Virus record (IMG/VR): IMGVR_UViG_3300009370_002257 | Span: 1 to 64,000 of that record | DNA: 64,000 nucleotides | Origin: a virus | Taxonomy: Duplodnaviria; Caudoviricetes | Direction: 5' to 3' (one strand) | Part shown: piece after piece, positions 23,709 through 32,364 of the stretch | Position numbering within the stretch: position 1 is the first letter of the stretch | How the letters are laid out: each line of letters begins with the position of its first letter | Notes under the pieces: generated by a model | What the model was told of the DNA's origin: nothing | The model's input: only the letters and a program-made list of their open reading frames with translations | The model's database searches: none | Made by a program: the position numbers and the translations under genes

Positions 23709-24369
23709 CCCCCCCCTATTTATTGGAATTTCTGGGGTTGCTGGCGCAGGTAAAGATTTATTTTTTACGACACTACAAAAGAAGCTAGCAGAAAAAAACA
23801 TCAACACCCAAAGAATGGCAATCGCAGACGGCCTGAAAGAAGAGGTTAGCTCCTTTACCAGAACAGCCTACGCAATAGACGCCACAGACTGCACGAGAAA
23901 AGAGAAAGAGCAACTTAGGCCCTTTTTAGTTTTTCATGGAACAATGAGAAGGAGGAGCTCTCTCGGAAGATACTGGATAGATTTATTTACTTCGAGGCTT
24001 AGGGTTTTTTTAAATGATCTTAAATTAGAATATAAGCCAAAACCAGATATTATTTGTATAACAGATATTAGGTTTGACGACTTCGAGAAAGACGAAGTGT
24101 ATTGGCTAAAGAAAGAGTTAGAAGGCGTACTGATTCATATTTCTCAATACAAAACGATAGACAAGGAAAGAGTTTTTAGAGAGCCAGCGAACCCTGAAGA
24201 GGCTCGCAACGATCCGAAAATAAAATCCCAAGCAGACTATCGTGTAGAGTGGGAGTATAGATCGGGAACACAGGAAGATTTAGATTCCTACGTGCGACAT
24301 AATGTGCAACAATTTTTAGATTGGTACACCGAACATGTCGCTGGAAGAAAGCAACTGGAAGAACATTAA
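23674..24369 (+). CDS. deoxynucleoside monophosphate kinase
   Basis: GISGVAGAGKD P-loop, ADGLK, RPFLVFHG...R, ITDIRF..E. Confidence 0.82.
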   Translation: MQTTQDCSTEYNPPLFIGISGVAGAGKDLFFTTLQKKLAEKNINTQRMAIADGLKEEVSSFTRTAYAIDATDCTRKEKEQLRPFLVFHGTMRRRSSLGRYWIDLFTSRLRVFLNDLKLEYKPKPDIICITDIRFDDFEKDEVYWLKKELEGVLIHISQYKTIDKERVFREPANPEEARNDPKIKSQADYRVEWEYRSGTQEDLDSYVRHNVQQFLDWYTEHVAGRKQLEEH

Positions 24370-24814
24370 AGGCATTATGGCGGACCTTAGCGGTCCAGCC
24401 AAAATCCCTCAGGTCATCCCAATTTATGCCCACGTAAGCGTGGATTTCGTAAAACTAAACCGAAAATACATAGAGGCTCAGGAGCTAATAGACTCGACAG
24501 ACGCCTTTAAAGGAGCGGTTGAAGACCTTCGCTTTAATTATTTAATTTATGTTTTTAAGGATATAAGTGCTAACCCCAAGAATTTAATAACCATTGAGTA
24601 CGTCATAAGCGAAAAGGGAAATGAGGAAAACCCCTTTATAGAGACGTACAACGTACCTCCGGAAAAACGAAAATTAATATCTAAGTACGCAAGTACCCCA
24701 CTCAGGGTTTTCGAAACCGAAGGTAAGCACCAAAACATACTTCTCTTTAAAGAGCAATGCCCCATGACTCTGGATAGCTTTAAGGAGTTGATAAGAACAT
24801 GGGCAAAGTCGTAA
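24335..24814 (+). CDS. hypothetical protein
   Basis: 159 aa ORF overlapping both neighbours. Confidence 0.65.
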   Translation: MSLEESNWKNIKGIMADLSGPAKIPQVIPIYAHVSVDFVKLNRKYIEAQELIDSTDAFKGAVEDLRFNYLIYVFKDISANPKNLITIEYVISEKGNEENPFIETYNVPPEKRKLISKYASTPLRVFETEGKHQNILLFKEQCPMTLDSFKELIRTWAKS

Positions 24815-25401
24815 AAATAACAGAAGACGTAACGCTAGTCAAGAGAGTCAAGAGAAGGAAGTGTGACAAGAGCCTCAAAGAACTAATAAACAGGCACTCT
24901 CCCCTGTGTTACGATATATATAAAAAATATTCTTCAGCAATGCAGTCTTCAGGCATTTGTTTGGCGGACATATACGGAGAAAAGGACTACATAGTCTACA
25001 AGTCTGCAATGAGTTTTAATCCAGACAAGAAAACTAAATTCTCCACGTGGCTCGGAAACCAAGTCAGATATTACTGCCTGAACCTGATAAACAGCAACAA
25101 ACACGTGTGCGTAGGGGATCAAAATCTTGATTTTTATGTCGATCAAAAAACCGAAAGGGATAGAGAGGAGGTTAAAAGTGAAGTAGAGTATATATTTAAT
25201 TTACTAGACCAACTGCAGGATAAAAGAATCAAAAAAATATTTAAACTTAGATATTTTCAAGGTGCAAAAATAAAAATGCCTTGGGTTAAAGTAGCCAAAG
25301 AACTCAACGTAAGCACCCAAACAGCCATAAACCTCCACAATAAAGGGGTAGACATAGTATTCAAAAAAGTTAAGAGCACAGCCCTTTCAGATTTTCTTTA
25401 A
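24799..25401 (+). CDS. phage sigma70-family factor
   Basis: SFNPDKKTKFSTW (region 2.3); KIFKLRYF...WVKVAKELNVSTQT (region 4 HTH). Confidence 0.8.
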   Translation: MGKVVKITEDVTLVKRVKRRKCDKSLKELINRHSPLCYDIYKKYSSAMQSSGICLADIYGEKDYIVYKSAMSFNPDKKTKFSTWLGNQVRYYCLNLINSNKHVCVGDQNLDFYVDQKTERDREEVKSEVEYIFNLLDQLQDKRIKKIFKLRYFQGAKIKMPWVKVAKELNVSTQTAINLHNKGVDIVFKKVKSTALSDFL

Positions 25402-25408
25402 AAAAAAG

Positions 25409-25437
25409 TTGACAAGCCCGTAATGCCTTGCTATAGT
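25409..25437 (+). promoter_or_regulatory. sigma70-type promoter with GTAA spacer motif
   Basis: TTGACA-agcccGTAAtgccttgc(17)-TATAGT, then 6 nt to ATG 25444. Confidence 0.85.
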
Positions 25438-25443
25438 TAGGGC

Positions 25444-25710
25444 ATGGCTGAAAAGCAAAATAACGAATGGGACGAGCGCGAACTCGGTGCGCTCTGGAAA
25501 AAACAAAGCGCGAATGGTCGGAAATACCTTTCTGGCAAGCTAAAGGTAGAGGGCAAAGACGTAAACGTTGTTTGCTTTCCTAACCAAAACAAGAAGGCGG
25601 ACAACCATCCAGACTTCAGGCTTTACACCTCGAAAGAGTACGAGGCCACCGCGCAAACCGAGCCTGCCCAGTCGCAAGAAAACGCGACCGACGCAGAAGA
25701 CATTCTCTAG
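25444..25710 (+). CDS. DUF736-like protein (possible ssDNA-binding)
   Basis: LGALWKK.S.NG.KYLSG.L, NKKADNHPDFR, acidic tail. Confidence 0.7.
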   Translation: MAEKQNNEWDERELGALWKKQSANGRKYLSGKLKVEGKDVNVVCFPNQNKKADNHPDFRLYTSKEYEATAQTEPAQSQENATDAEDIL

Positions 25711-25724
25711 CAGAGAATAACACG

Positions 25725-25775
25725 TCGGGGGCGAGGGTTTTTGTCTGTGTTTCGACCCTTGCTCCCGATTTTTTT
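25725..25775 (+). terminator. intrinsic terminator with 16-nt loop
   Basis: TCGGGGGCGAGGGT / ACCCTTGCTCCCGA 14-bp stem (two G-U) followed by T7. Confidence 0.8.
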
Positions 25776-25802
25776 GACTTTTAAGAACGCAGGTGTTAAT
25801 AT
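25774..25802 (+). promoter_or_regulatory. sigma70-type promoter
   Basis: TTGACT-17 nt-TAATAT, then 6 nt to ATG 25809; -35 overlaps the terminator T-run. Confidence 0.75.
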
Positions 25803-25808
25803 CTTAAT

Positions 25809-26897
25809 ATGAATTTTGCCCTCAATTTACCCCTGAACTCGGTTAGCTTCGGTCAGGTTTCTCTCTTAATATTAAAAGAGCTATACAAAAGAAACTTGAA
25901 CCCCTGTATTCTCCCAATCGGGGAAATCAACCTCGAAACACAGGCAGAAGACGGAGCGTTTTTTGAGTGGATTTCTGACAACACAAAGAAGGCGATAAAA
26001 GAACATAAGAGAAACGTGCCCATCTTCAAGCTTTGGCATCTGAACGGCTCGCTCGAATCATACTCTGAGAAACAAGCGCTGCTCTCCTTTCACGAGCTAG
26101 ACCAAGCTACGTTAGAAGAAAAAAACATAGGAGCAAACCAAGCTAAGTTATTGTTTTCCAGCAGTCATTCGGTGGATACGTTTAGGAGCGCGGGCTGCGA
26201 CAATGTAGACCTTCTCCCTTTGGCGTTCGATGAATACAATTTCAAAAAGCTTGATAAAGAATATTATCAAGACGACAGGATTTGTTTTCTTCTGGTCGGT
26301 AAGTACGAAAAAAGAAAAGGGCACACCAAAATCCTCGAAGCTTGGTCTGAAAAGTATGGGAACAACAAGGACTTCTTTCTGTCTTGCGCTGTTTACAATC
26401 CGTTTTTCAAGCCCGAAGATAATAATAAAATTATCGCGGCGGCCCTCAAAGGCAAAAAGTATTTTAACATACAATTCCTCGGCTTTATGCCGAAAAATTC
26501 ACTATATAACGACTACTTAAACTCTGGGGATGTAGTTATCGGTATGTCTGGGGGGGAAGGCTGGGCCTTACCGGAGTTTCATGCGACAGCACTGGGCGCG
26601 CACTCCGTCATACTAAATGCTCACGCCCATAAAGAATGGGCGACGGAAGAAAATTCCGTATTAGTAGACTCATCTGAAAAAATACCGGCAGAAGACGGAC
26701 TCTTCTTTAAGTCTGATGGCCCATTCAATCAGGGAAATATTTTCGACTTCGAGCAGGACGCCTTCATAGAGGGTTGTGAAAAGGCCATAGAGAGAGTAAG
26801 AGCGAGCAGGGTGAACGAAGCGGGGCTAGCCCTACAGAAAAAGTTCTCAGCGGGGAAGATGGTAGATAAAATCGTAGAGACGATGGGAGCCCTATAA
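25809..26897 (+). CDS. GT-B (GT4-like) glycosyltransferase
   Basis: FLLVGKYEKRKG, SGGEGWALPEFHA (E-x7-E type motif). Confidence 0.8.
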   Translation: MNFALNLPLNSVSFGQVSLLILKELYKRNLNPCILPIGEINLETQAEDGAFFEWISDNTKKAIKEHKRNVPIFKLWHLNGSLESYSEKQALLSFHELDQATLEEKNIGANQAKLLFSSSHSVDTFRSAGCDNVDLLPLAFDEYNFKKLDKEYYQDDRICFLLVGKYEKRKGHTKILEAWSEKYGNNKDFFLSCAVYNPFFKPEDNNKIIAAALKGKKYFNIQFLGFMPKNSLYNDYLNSGDVVIGMSGGEGWALPEFHATALGAHSVILNAHAHKEWATEENSVLVDSSEKIPAEDGLFFKSDGPFNQGNIFDFEQDAFIEGCEKAIERVRASRVNEAGLALQKKFSAGKMVDKIVETMGAL

Positions 26898-26901
26898 CAT
26901 C

Positions 26902-27258
26902 ATGCCCCTTTATATTTTCGAGCACCCAGAAACAAACGAGGTCATAGAGGTAGTGCAATCTATGAAGGACGCTCACGTATATATCGACAAGGAGGGCGTG
27001 GAATGGAAAAGGGTCTACACCCCGACAAACTTTGCCATAGATGGAAGCCTCAACCCCACTTCGTCTATGGATTTTGTTGAAAAAACAAAAAACAAAAACT
27101 ATACGCAAGGGGACCTACAAGACATCTCGAGAGAGGCAAGCGAGAAAAGGGAGAGACTAATGGGGAAAGACCCCGTGAAGCAAAAATGGTTCAAGGACTA
27201 TGAGACCTCCAGAAAAGGCAAGAAGCACCCACAAGACCCCTCTCGCTACACGTCCTAG
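26902..27258 (+). CDS. FmdB-like protein (no Zn cysteines)
   Basis: MPLYIFEHPETNEVIEVVQSM, WKRVY. Confidence 0.6.
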   Translation: MPLYIFEHPETNEVIEVVQSMKDAHVYIDKEGVEWKRVYTPTNFAIDGSLNPTSSMDFVEKTKNKNYTQGDLQDISREASEKRERLMGKDPVKQKWFKDYETSRKGKKHPQDPSRYTS

Positions 27259-27336
27259 CTTTGTTTTCCTTTTTTTTAAGCTAGAAGAGAAAAATTTTAT
27301 CAAAAAAAATAACACACATGTAATACCCACAACACT

Positions 27337-29808
27337 ATGAGTTCAACCACAAAAATTAATGTAAAAAAAAGAAACGGAAGATTGCAGGCCCTAGACATCA
27401 ACAAAGTAAATATCTGCGCTCAGAGGGCCTGTGAGGGCCTAGAAAGCGTATCTCCTAGCGAGGTCGTGATCGACGCAAACGTGCAGCTTTACGATAAAAT
27501 TTCCACAAAAGAAATAGATCAGGCCCTAATCATGTCTGCGCGAGGCAAGATCGAAAAGGAGCCCAACTACAGCAAGGTTGCTGCTAGACTCCTCTTAGGG
27601 AATATACATAAAGAGGTCTTTGGTTGCAGCGTAGATAAAGACGCCTTCGATCACCAATACAGGCTATCCTTTGTCCAGAACATTAAACTTCTAATCAAAG
27701 AGGGAATGTTGAATGAAAAGCTCCTAGAGTTTGATCTCAAAAAACTTTCCCAAAAACTAGACCTAGAAAGAGATTTTAAATTCAAATATCTCGGACTGCA
27801 GATTTTAAACGATAGATACTTTCTTCACATAAACGGCAGAAGGCTAGAGTCTCCGCAATCATTTTGGATGAGAGTGGCTATGGGCCTTGCGTTGAATGAA
27901 AAAAATAAAGAGAAGAAAGCTATTGAATTTTATGAAGCACTTTCGTCATTTCGCATGTGCTGCTCTACGCCCACTCTTTTTAATAGTGGGTCTGTTCGTA
28001 GTCAGCTTAGTTCTTGTTATCTCAACACTTTCGATGACAGCATTGATGGCATATTCGAGGGCGCGTGGCAAGAAGCTAGAAAATCTAAATATGCTGGCGG
28101 TTTAGGTTTCGATGTCACTAATTTTAGAGCCGCCGGCTCCCACATTAAGGGAACGAATGGCTCCTCTAGCGGTCTTGTCCCTTGGCTTAAAATCTATAAC
28201 GACCTCCTCGTAGCCGTTAATCAGGGCGGCAAACGCCCCGGCGCAGGCTGCGCCTACATCGAACCTTGGCACTTAGATATTGAAGATTTCATCGAGCTCA
28301 AGAAAAACACAGGTGACGAGCGCAGGCGTTGCCACGACTTGAATACAGCAAATTGGTTGCCCAATATATTTTTAAATTATGTCGAGAAGGATTTAGATTG
28401 GTATCTCTTTTCTCCTTCGGACGCTAGAGATTTGCATGAACTTTTCGGGGAAGAGTTCGACAAGGCGTATAAAAAATACTGTAAGAAAGCAGACGCGGGA
28501 GAAATAGATAACTTCAAAACCGTGAAGGCCAAAGACCTCTGGAAAAAGATGCTGAGGATGTTATTCGAAACAGGCCACCCATGGATGACATTTAAAGACA
28601 ATGCAAACCTTAGGTATTCTAATAATCACGAGGGCACGATTCATAGCTCTAATTTGTGCACGGAGATTTTTCTGCACACCAAGCCTTCGTTATTTTCTGG
28701 TGGAGAAAAAAGCGAGGTAGGGGAGACGGCAGTTTGTAATCTAAGCTCGGTAAACTTAAAGGAGCATCTAAAAACGAACGGTAAGATAGACTATAAGCTC
28801 TTAGAGAAAACCATAGCGACACAAATGAGGATGCTCGATAATGTAATCGATTTGAATTTCTACCCGACAGCAGAAGCAAAGAAGGCAAACCTTAGACATA
28901 GACCGGTTGGCGCAGGGACAATGGGTTGGGCAGACGTATTTCATGCACATAAAATAAATTTTTCTTCAGAAGACTCGGTGAGATTCTCGGATGAATTGTA
29001 TGAATTTATTTCGTACCATTGTATTTTGAACTCCTCGAGGCTGGCTAAAGAAAAGGGCCCTTACGAATCATTCGATGGCTCGCTATGGAGCCAAGGCACC
29101 CTACCGATGGACACCTACAAAAGCTTAATAGATTACTTAGGCCAAAAGCCAATCACCCATAGGAAAAAGAATTTTGCCCCAGAAGTGGACTGGAAAAACA
29201 TAAGAGACCACATCAAAGCGCACGGGATGAGAAATAGCAATACGATGGCTATTGCGCCAACGGCCACCATATCCTACATTCAGGGCTGTTCGACATCTAT
29301 CGAGCCAGATTTCTCAACCCTATTTGTCTACGAAAATAAATCGGGGAATCTTATGATTGTAAATGAATGGTTTGTCCGGGAGTGCAAAGAAATAGGCGCT
29401 TGGGACGCAAACTTAATCGAGATGCTGAAGGCTGTAGATGGAGACGTTATGAGGCTTAACGGAGAACTGCCCCAAGACATCAAGGATAGATACATGACGG
29501 CCTTCGACCACGATCAGTTTATGCTTATTGATGCAGCCGCAGCAAAGCAGAAATGGATTGACATGGGCCAATCACTTAACCTATTTAATAATAAAACATC
29601 CCTTAAATACTTAAACGATTTATATATACATGCGAGAAACAGAGGACTCAAAAGCACATACTATCTCCGAAACAGATCGGCTAGTCAAATTGAAAAATCT
29701 ACGGGCGAAAGTGGAGATGGCGATACTGCTTCAGGTGGTGCTGATGGTGATGTTATTACTCCTGAGGCTTGCTCAATCTTAGACCCAACATGCGAAAGTT
29801 GTCAATAA
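27337..29808 (+). CDS. nrdA: ribonucleotide reductase class I alpha subunit with N-terminal ATP cone
   Basis: VKKRNGR ATP cone, STPTLFNSG, SSCYL, SNLCTEI, VCNLSS, APTATIS, KSTYYLR, C-terminal CSILDPTCESCQ. Confidence 0.97.
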   Translation: MSSTTKINVKKRNGRLQALDINKVNICAQRACEGLESVSPSEVVIDANVQLYDKISTKEIDQALIMSARGKIEKEPNYSKVAARLLLGNIHKEVFGCSVDKDAFDHQYRLSFVQNIKLLIKEGMLNEKLLEFDLKKLSQKLDLERDFKFKYLGLQILNDRYFLHINGRRLESPQSFWMRVAMGLALNEKNKEKKAIEFYEALSSFRMCCSTPTLFNSGSVRSQLSSCYLNTFDDSIDGIFEGAWQEARKSKYAGGLGFDVTNFRAAGSHIKGTNGSSSGLVPWLKIYNDLLVAVNQGGKRPGAGCAYIEPWHLDIEDFIELKKNTGDERRRCHDLNTANWLPNIFLNYVEKDLDWYLFSPSDARDLHELFGEEFDKAYKKYCKKADAGEIDNFKTVKAKDLWKKMLRMLFETGHPWMTFKDNANLRYSNNHEGTIHSSNLCTEIFLHTKPSLFSGGEKSEVGETAVCNLSSVNLKEHLKTNGKIDYKLLEKTIATQMRMLDNVIDLNFYPTAEAKKANLRHRPVGAGTMGWADVFHAHKINFSSEDSVRFSDELYEFISYHCILNSSRLAKEKGPYESFDGSLWSQGTLPMDTYKSLIDYLGQKPITHRKKNFAPEVDWKNIRDHIKAHGMRNSNTMAIAPTATISYIQGCSTSIEPDFSTLFVYENKSGNLMIVNEWFVRECKEIGAWDANLIEMLKAVDGDVMRLNGELPQDIKDRYMTAFDHDQFMLIDAAAAKQKWIDMGQSLNLFNNKTSLKYLNDLYIHARNRGLKSTYYLRNRSASQIEKSTGESGDGDTASGGADGDVITPEACSILDPTCESCQ

Positions 29809-30815
29809 TGAAGGATGGATTAATACTGGGTGATGAAATAGCTGGGGTGAATCAAATTTTACCCCACAAACATAAACAGGTATGGGATTTATTCCAGAAG
29901 GGTGTAGCGAATAACTGGTCACCCTCAGAAATTAATATGTCAGATGACATAGATCAATGGAAAGGGGATACCCTAACCAAGGATGAAAAACTACTCGTGA
30001 AAAGATGCCTTGGCTTCTTCGCTGGTAGCGAATCTTTGGTTGGCAACAACCTCTTACTCACTGTTGCGAGGTGGGTCACTGATGCTGAATGCAGGCAGTA
30101 CATCCTGAGGCAGGCTTACGAAGAGAGTCTCCACAACTGGACCGTCGTGACTTGCTGCGATTCTTACGGCTTAAAAGTGTCAGAGGTATACGAGGCGTAC
30201 CTAAACGTGCCGAGCATCAAGGCCAAGGATGACTTTTTAATGGAGATTACTACGAACGTTAATCGCCCAGATTTCTCCACGAAAACAGTGGAAGGCAAAA
30301 AAGAATTCTTGCGGAACCTTGTTAGTTACTATATAGTTTGTGAAGGCACATTCTTCTTCAGTGGTTTCGCCATGCTGCTTGCACTGGGGAGGCAGAACAA
30401 ACTGCCGGGGTTATCAGACCAAATTAGATATACCCTTAGAGACGAAAGCCTTCACATACAGTTTGGTACTTATTTAATTAATACAATCAAAGAACAGAAC
30501 CCGTCCATATGGACTAAAAAATTCGAAAAAGAAACAGTAGATCATATTATTAAAGCCGTTGAATTAGAGGTAGATTATGCTAAAGACGTTCTCCCTAGAG
30601 GAATTTTGGGCCTTAACGCTGATATGTTTATTGATTATATGCAATACATCGGCAACAGGCGTCTGGAGGCTATTGATATTGAGTATCGATTTGATTCGGA
30701 TAAAAACCCTTTCCCTTGGCTTAGTGAGGTGGTTGACACGGCGGCGATGACAAACTTTTTCGAAAGAAAAGTCAAGGACTACCAAAATTCAGGCTCCCTT
30801 GAAGATGATTTTTAG
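29808..30815 (+). CDS. nrdB: ribonucleotide reductase beta subunit, class Ic-like (radical Tyr absent)
   Basis: Start at 29808 (TAATG overlap); FFAGSESLVGNN, RQAYEESLHNWTV, CEGTFFFSGF, RDESLH, NFFE. Confidence 0.95.
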   Translation: MKDGLILGDEIAGVNQILPHKHKQVWDLFQKGVANNWSPSEINMSDDIDQWKGDTLTKDEKLLVKRCLGFFAGSESLVGNNLLLTVARWVTDAECRQYILRQAYEESLHNWTVVTCCDSYGLKVSEVYEAYLNVPSIKAKDDFLMEITTNVNRPDFSTKTVEGKKEFLRNLVSYYIVCEGTFFFSGFAMLLALGRQNKLPGLSDQIRYTLRDESLHIQFGTYLINTIKEQNPSIWTKKFEKETVDHIIKAVELEVDYAKDVLPRGILGLNADMFIDYMQYIGNRRLEAIDIEYRFDSDKNPFPWLSEVVDTAAMTNFFERKVKDYQNSGSLEDDF

Positions 30816-30819
30816 ACAA

Positions 30820-31323
30820 ATGAAAATGAAAAACATAATGCTAGGTGCATTTGCACTAATGATAGTTGGTTGTAACGCAACCAAGGAATACCCGTATAAT
30901 GCGGTCAGAGTGGGAGAGACAGGCGCGGACGCTATGACCGTAGACCTTGCTCCTGTTGTAACCGCTCAGGCAAAAATGCCCGAACTCACCGTAGGCACAG
31001 GCTCTTTCGAGCATGGACTGGCCAACGCTGGGCTAGGAAAAAGCCTAACGGCAAACGTGCCATTCGTGGCGGTAGACGTACCCGTACCCTCTGTGGTCAT
31101 CGGTCCAAAGAACTTCAACGCGACAGTAGGCGCGGAGAATTCTGTGACTATTGGCTCATTGACGGTCGGTCAAAATCTACCCAGCATCGGCATCGGGACA
31201 GACGTTAACAAGGAAAAGGTCTTTGACCTTACATTGAAGGGGGGTGTTGGAGTTACTGTGCCACTCATCTCCTTGTATGTTCCTTGGCCGACGTTAAATA
31301 CCGGCGGCGATACGGAAGAATAG
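30820..31323 (+). CDS. hypothetical lipoprotein
   Basis: MKMKNIMLGAFALMIVGC lipobox-like signal; beta-rich Val/Gly/Thr body. Confidence 0.65.
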   Translation: MKMKNIMLGAFALMIVGCNATKEYPYNAVRVGETGADAMTVDLAPVVTAQAKMPELTVGTGSFEHGLANAGLGKSLTANVPFVAVDVPVPSVVIGPKNFNATVGAENSVTIGSLTVGQNLPSIGIGTDVNKEKVFDLTLKGGVGVTVPLISLYVPWPTLNTGGDTEE

Positions 31324-31348
31324 AAGACCCCTCATAAGGTGTGAACAC

Positions 31349-31374
31349 CCCCCGATTTATTCGGGGGTTTTTTT
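31349..31374 (+). terminator. intrinsic terminator
   Basis: CCCCCGA-TTTAT-TCGGGGG followed by T7. Confidence 0.85.
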
Positions 31375-31458
31375 ATACCGAACTATCTCCATCTATCGTG
31401 TCGCCATATTTTCCAAAATACAATAGGCGCAATTATCAATGTTAATATTATTATTAAG

Positions 31459-31644
31459 TTATCCATCTTTTATTTTCTTCTTTACTTCTTCGAGGAACTC
31501 GTCCGTACCCACGAACCTAGAGTCGCAACTCGAATTTACACAACGCCATATATTGCAGCCAGACTCCTCGTGTATAGTCCTAGGCATACACTTTAACCTG
31601 TTCTTTGCGTCAGGAAAACAATATGGGCATGCATAATAGTGCAT
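31459..31644 (-). CDS. small Zn-finger-like hypothetical protein
   Basis: CPYC...CVNSSC; ATG 3 nt after a GTGTAAATAT motif. Confidence 0.65.
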   Translation of the reverse strand: MHYYACPYCFPDAKNRLKCMPRTIHEESGCNIWRCVNSSCDSRFVGTDEFLEEVKKKIKDG

Positions 31645-31651
31645 ATTATAT

Positions 31652-31675
31652 TTACACTTCCCGTGTAATTATAAG
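31652..31675. promoter_or_regulatory. back-to-back GTGTAA motifs (TTACAC-N5-GTGTAA) between divergent genes
   Basis: TTACAC ttccc GTGTAATTATAAG. Confidence 0.55.
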
Positions 31676-31703
31676 TGACCTCGCTGTACGGGGTTAAATT
31701 GTT

Positions 31704-31931
31704 ATGAGAAGAAAACGTAGAAAAACAGTGAAAAAGTGGCATACGAACTTATGGAATAGGTTTATGTCGCTTTATAAGGGAGTAAAATCACACGTAACTC
31801 ACATTGGGTGCTGGGAAGGCCTAGGTCTTGTAGTTCTAGGCGGCGGCGCTCTAATGGGTTGCTTGAGTTTGTCCTTGACTGTTGGCTTGCCCATGGTGTA
31901 CGTGGGTGTTAAGAAATTATTACATAAATAA
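31704..31931 (+). CDS. hypothetical membrane protein
   Basis: Basic N-terminus plus a hydrophobic hairpin. Confidence 0.6.
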   Translation: MRRKRRKTVKKWHTNLWNRFMSLYKGVKSHVTHIGCWEGLGLVVLGGGALMGCLSLSLTVGLPMVYVGVKKLLHK

Positions 31932-31960
31932 TACTTTCCTAGTCAACTTTTTTAACCAAA

Positions 31961-31993
31961 GTCCCCCTCTTCTTGAGGGGGGCTTATTTTTTT
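31961..31993 (+). terminator. intrinsic terminator
   Basis: CCCCCTC-TTCTT-GAGGGGG followed by CTTATTTTTTT. Confidence 0.75.
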
Positions 31994-32006
31994 GTGTAAT
32001 TATAAG
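31994..32006 (+). promoter_or_regulatory. GTGTAA-type putative phage promoter motif
   Basis: GTGTAATTATAAG (identical 13-mer at 31663-31675), 4 nt before ATG 32011. Confidence 0.55.
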
Positions 32007-32010
32007 TAAC

Positions 32011-32307
32011 ATGGACTATAAAATCATCCTAGACATCGCGCTGGCAAGCGCCCTTCTTCTCGGGGGATGGGTTTTCAAAATGGTCTTTGGGTACATGAAA
32101 GAAATGAGAGACCAGCACAACACGCTCCTAGAGAAAACTAGGCATGACTACAGAGAGTTACATGAAAATATAACGGACCTTGCGCTCTCAATTCCTGAAA
32201 AATACGTATCTAAAGACGATTTTTCGAACGCTATGAAAACTTTCGGCCATAGGTTTGACAGACTCGAAGAGAAATTGGACGCCGTATTATCTGATAAAAA
32301 TAAATAA
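32011..32307 (+). CDS. single-TM coiled-coil protein (holin-like, tentative)
   Basis: Likely start MDYKIILD at 32011; N-terminal TM then coiled coil with YVSKDDF...FDRLEEKLD. Confidence 0.6.
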   Translation: MDYKIILDIALASALLLGGWVFKMVFGYMKEMRDQHNTLLEKTRHDYRELHENITDLALSIPEKYVSKDDFSNAMKTFGHRFDRLEEKLDAVLSDKNK

Positions 32308-32308
32308 C

Positions 32309-32337
32309 TAGACAAAAGCCCTTAGAGGCTCTATATT
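32309..32337 (+). promoter_or_regulatory. sigma70-type promoter at the head of the glycosylation island
   Basis: TAGACA-17 nt-TATATT. Confidence 0.6.
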
Positions 32338-32364
32338 ATAGAGAATTTAGGGGTTTTTTTGTCT

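Noticed and set aside
27308-27336. NrdR box upstream of nrdA
   Set aside because: AACACACATGTAATAC only loosely resembles the palindromic consensus and there is no tandem copy
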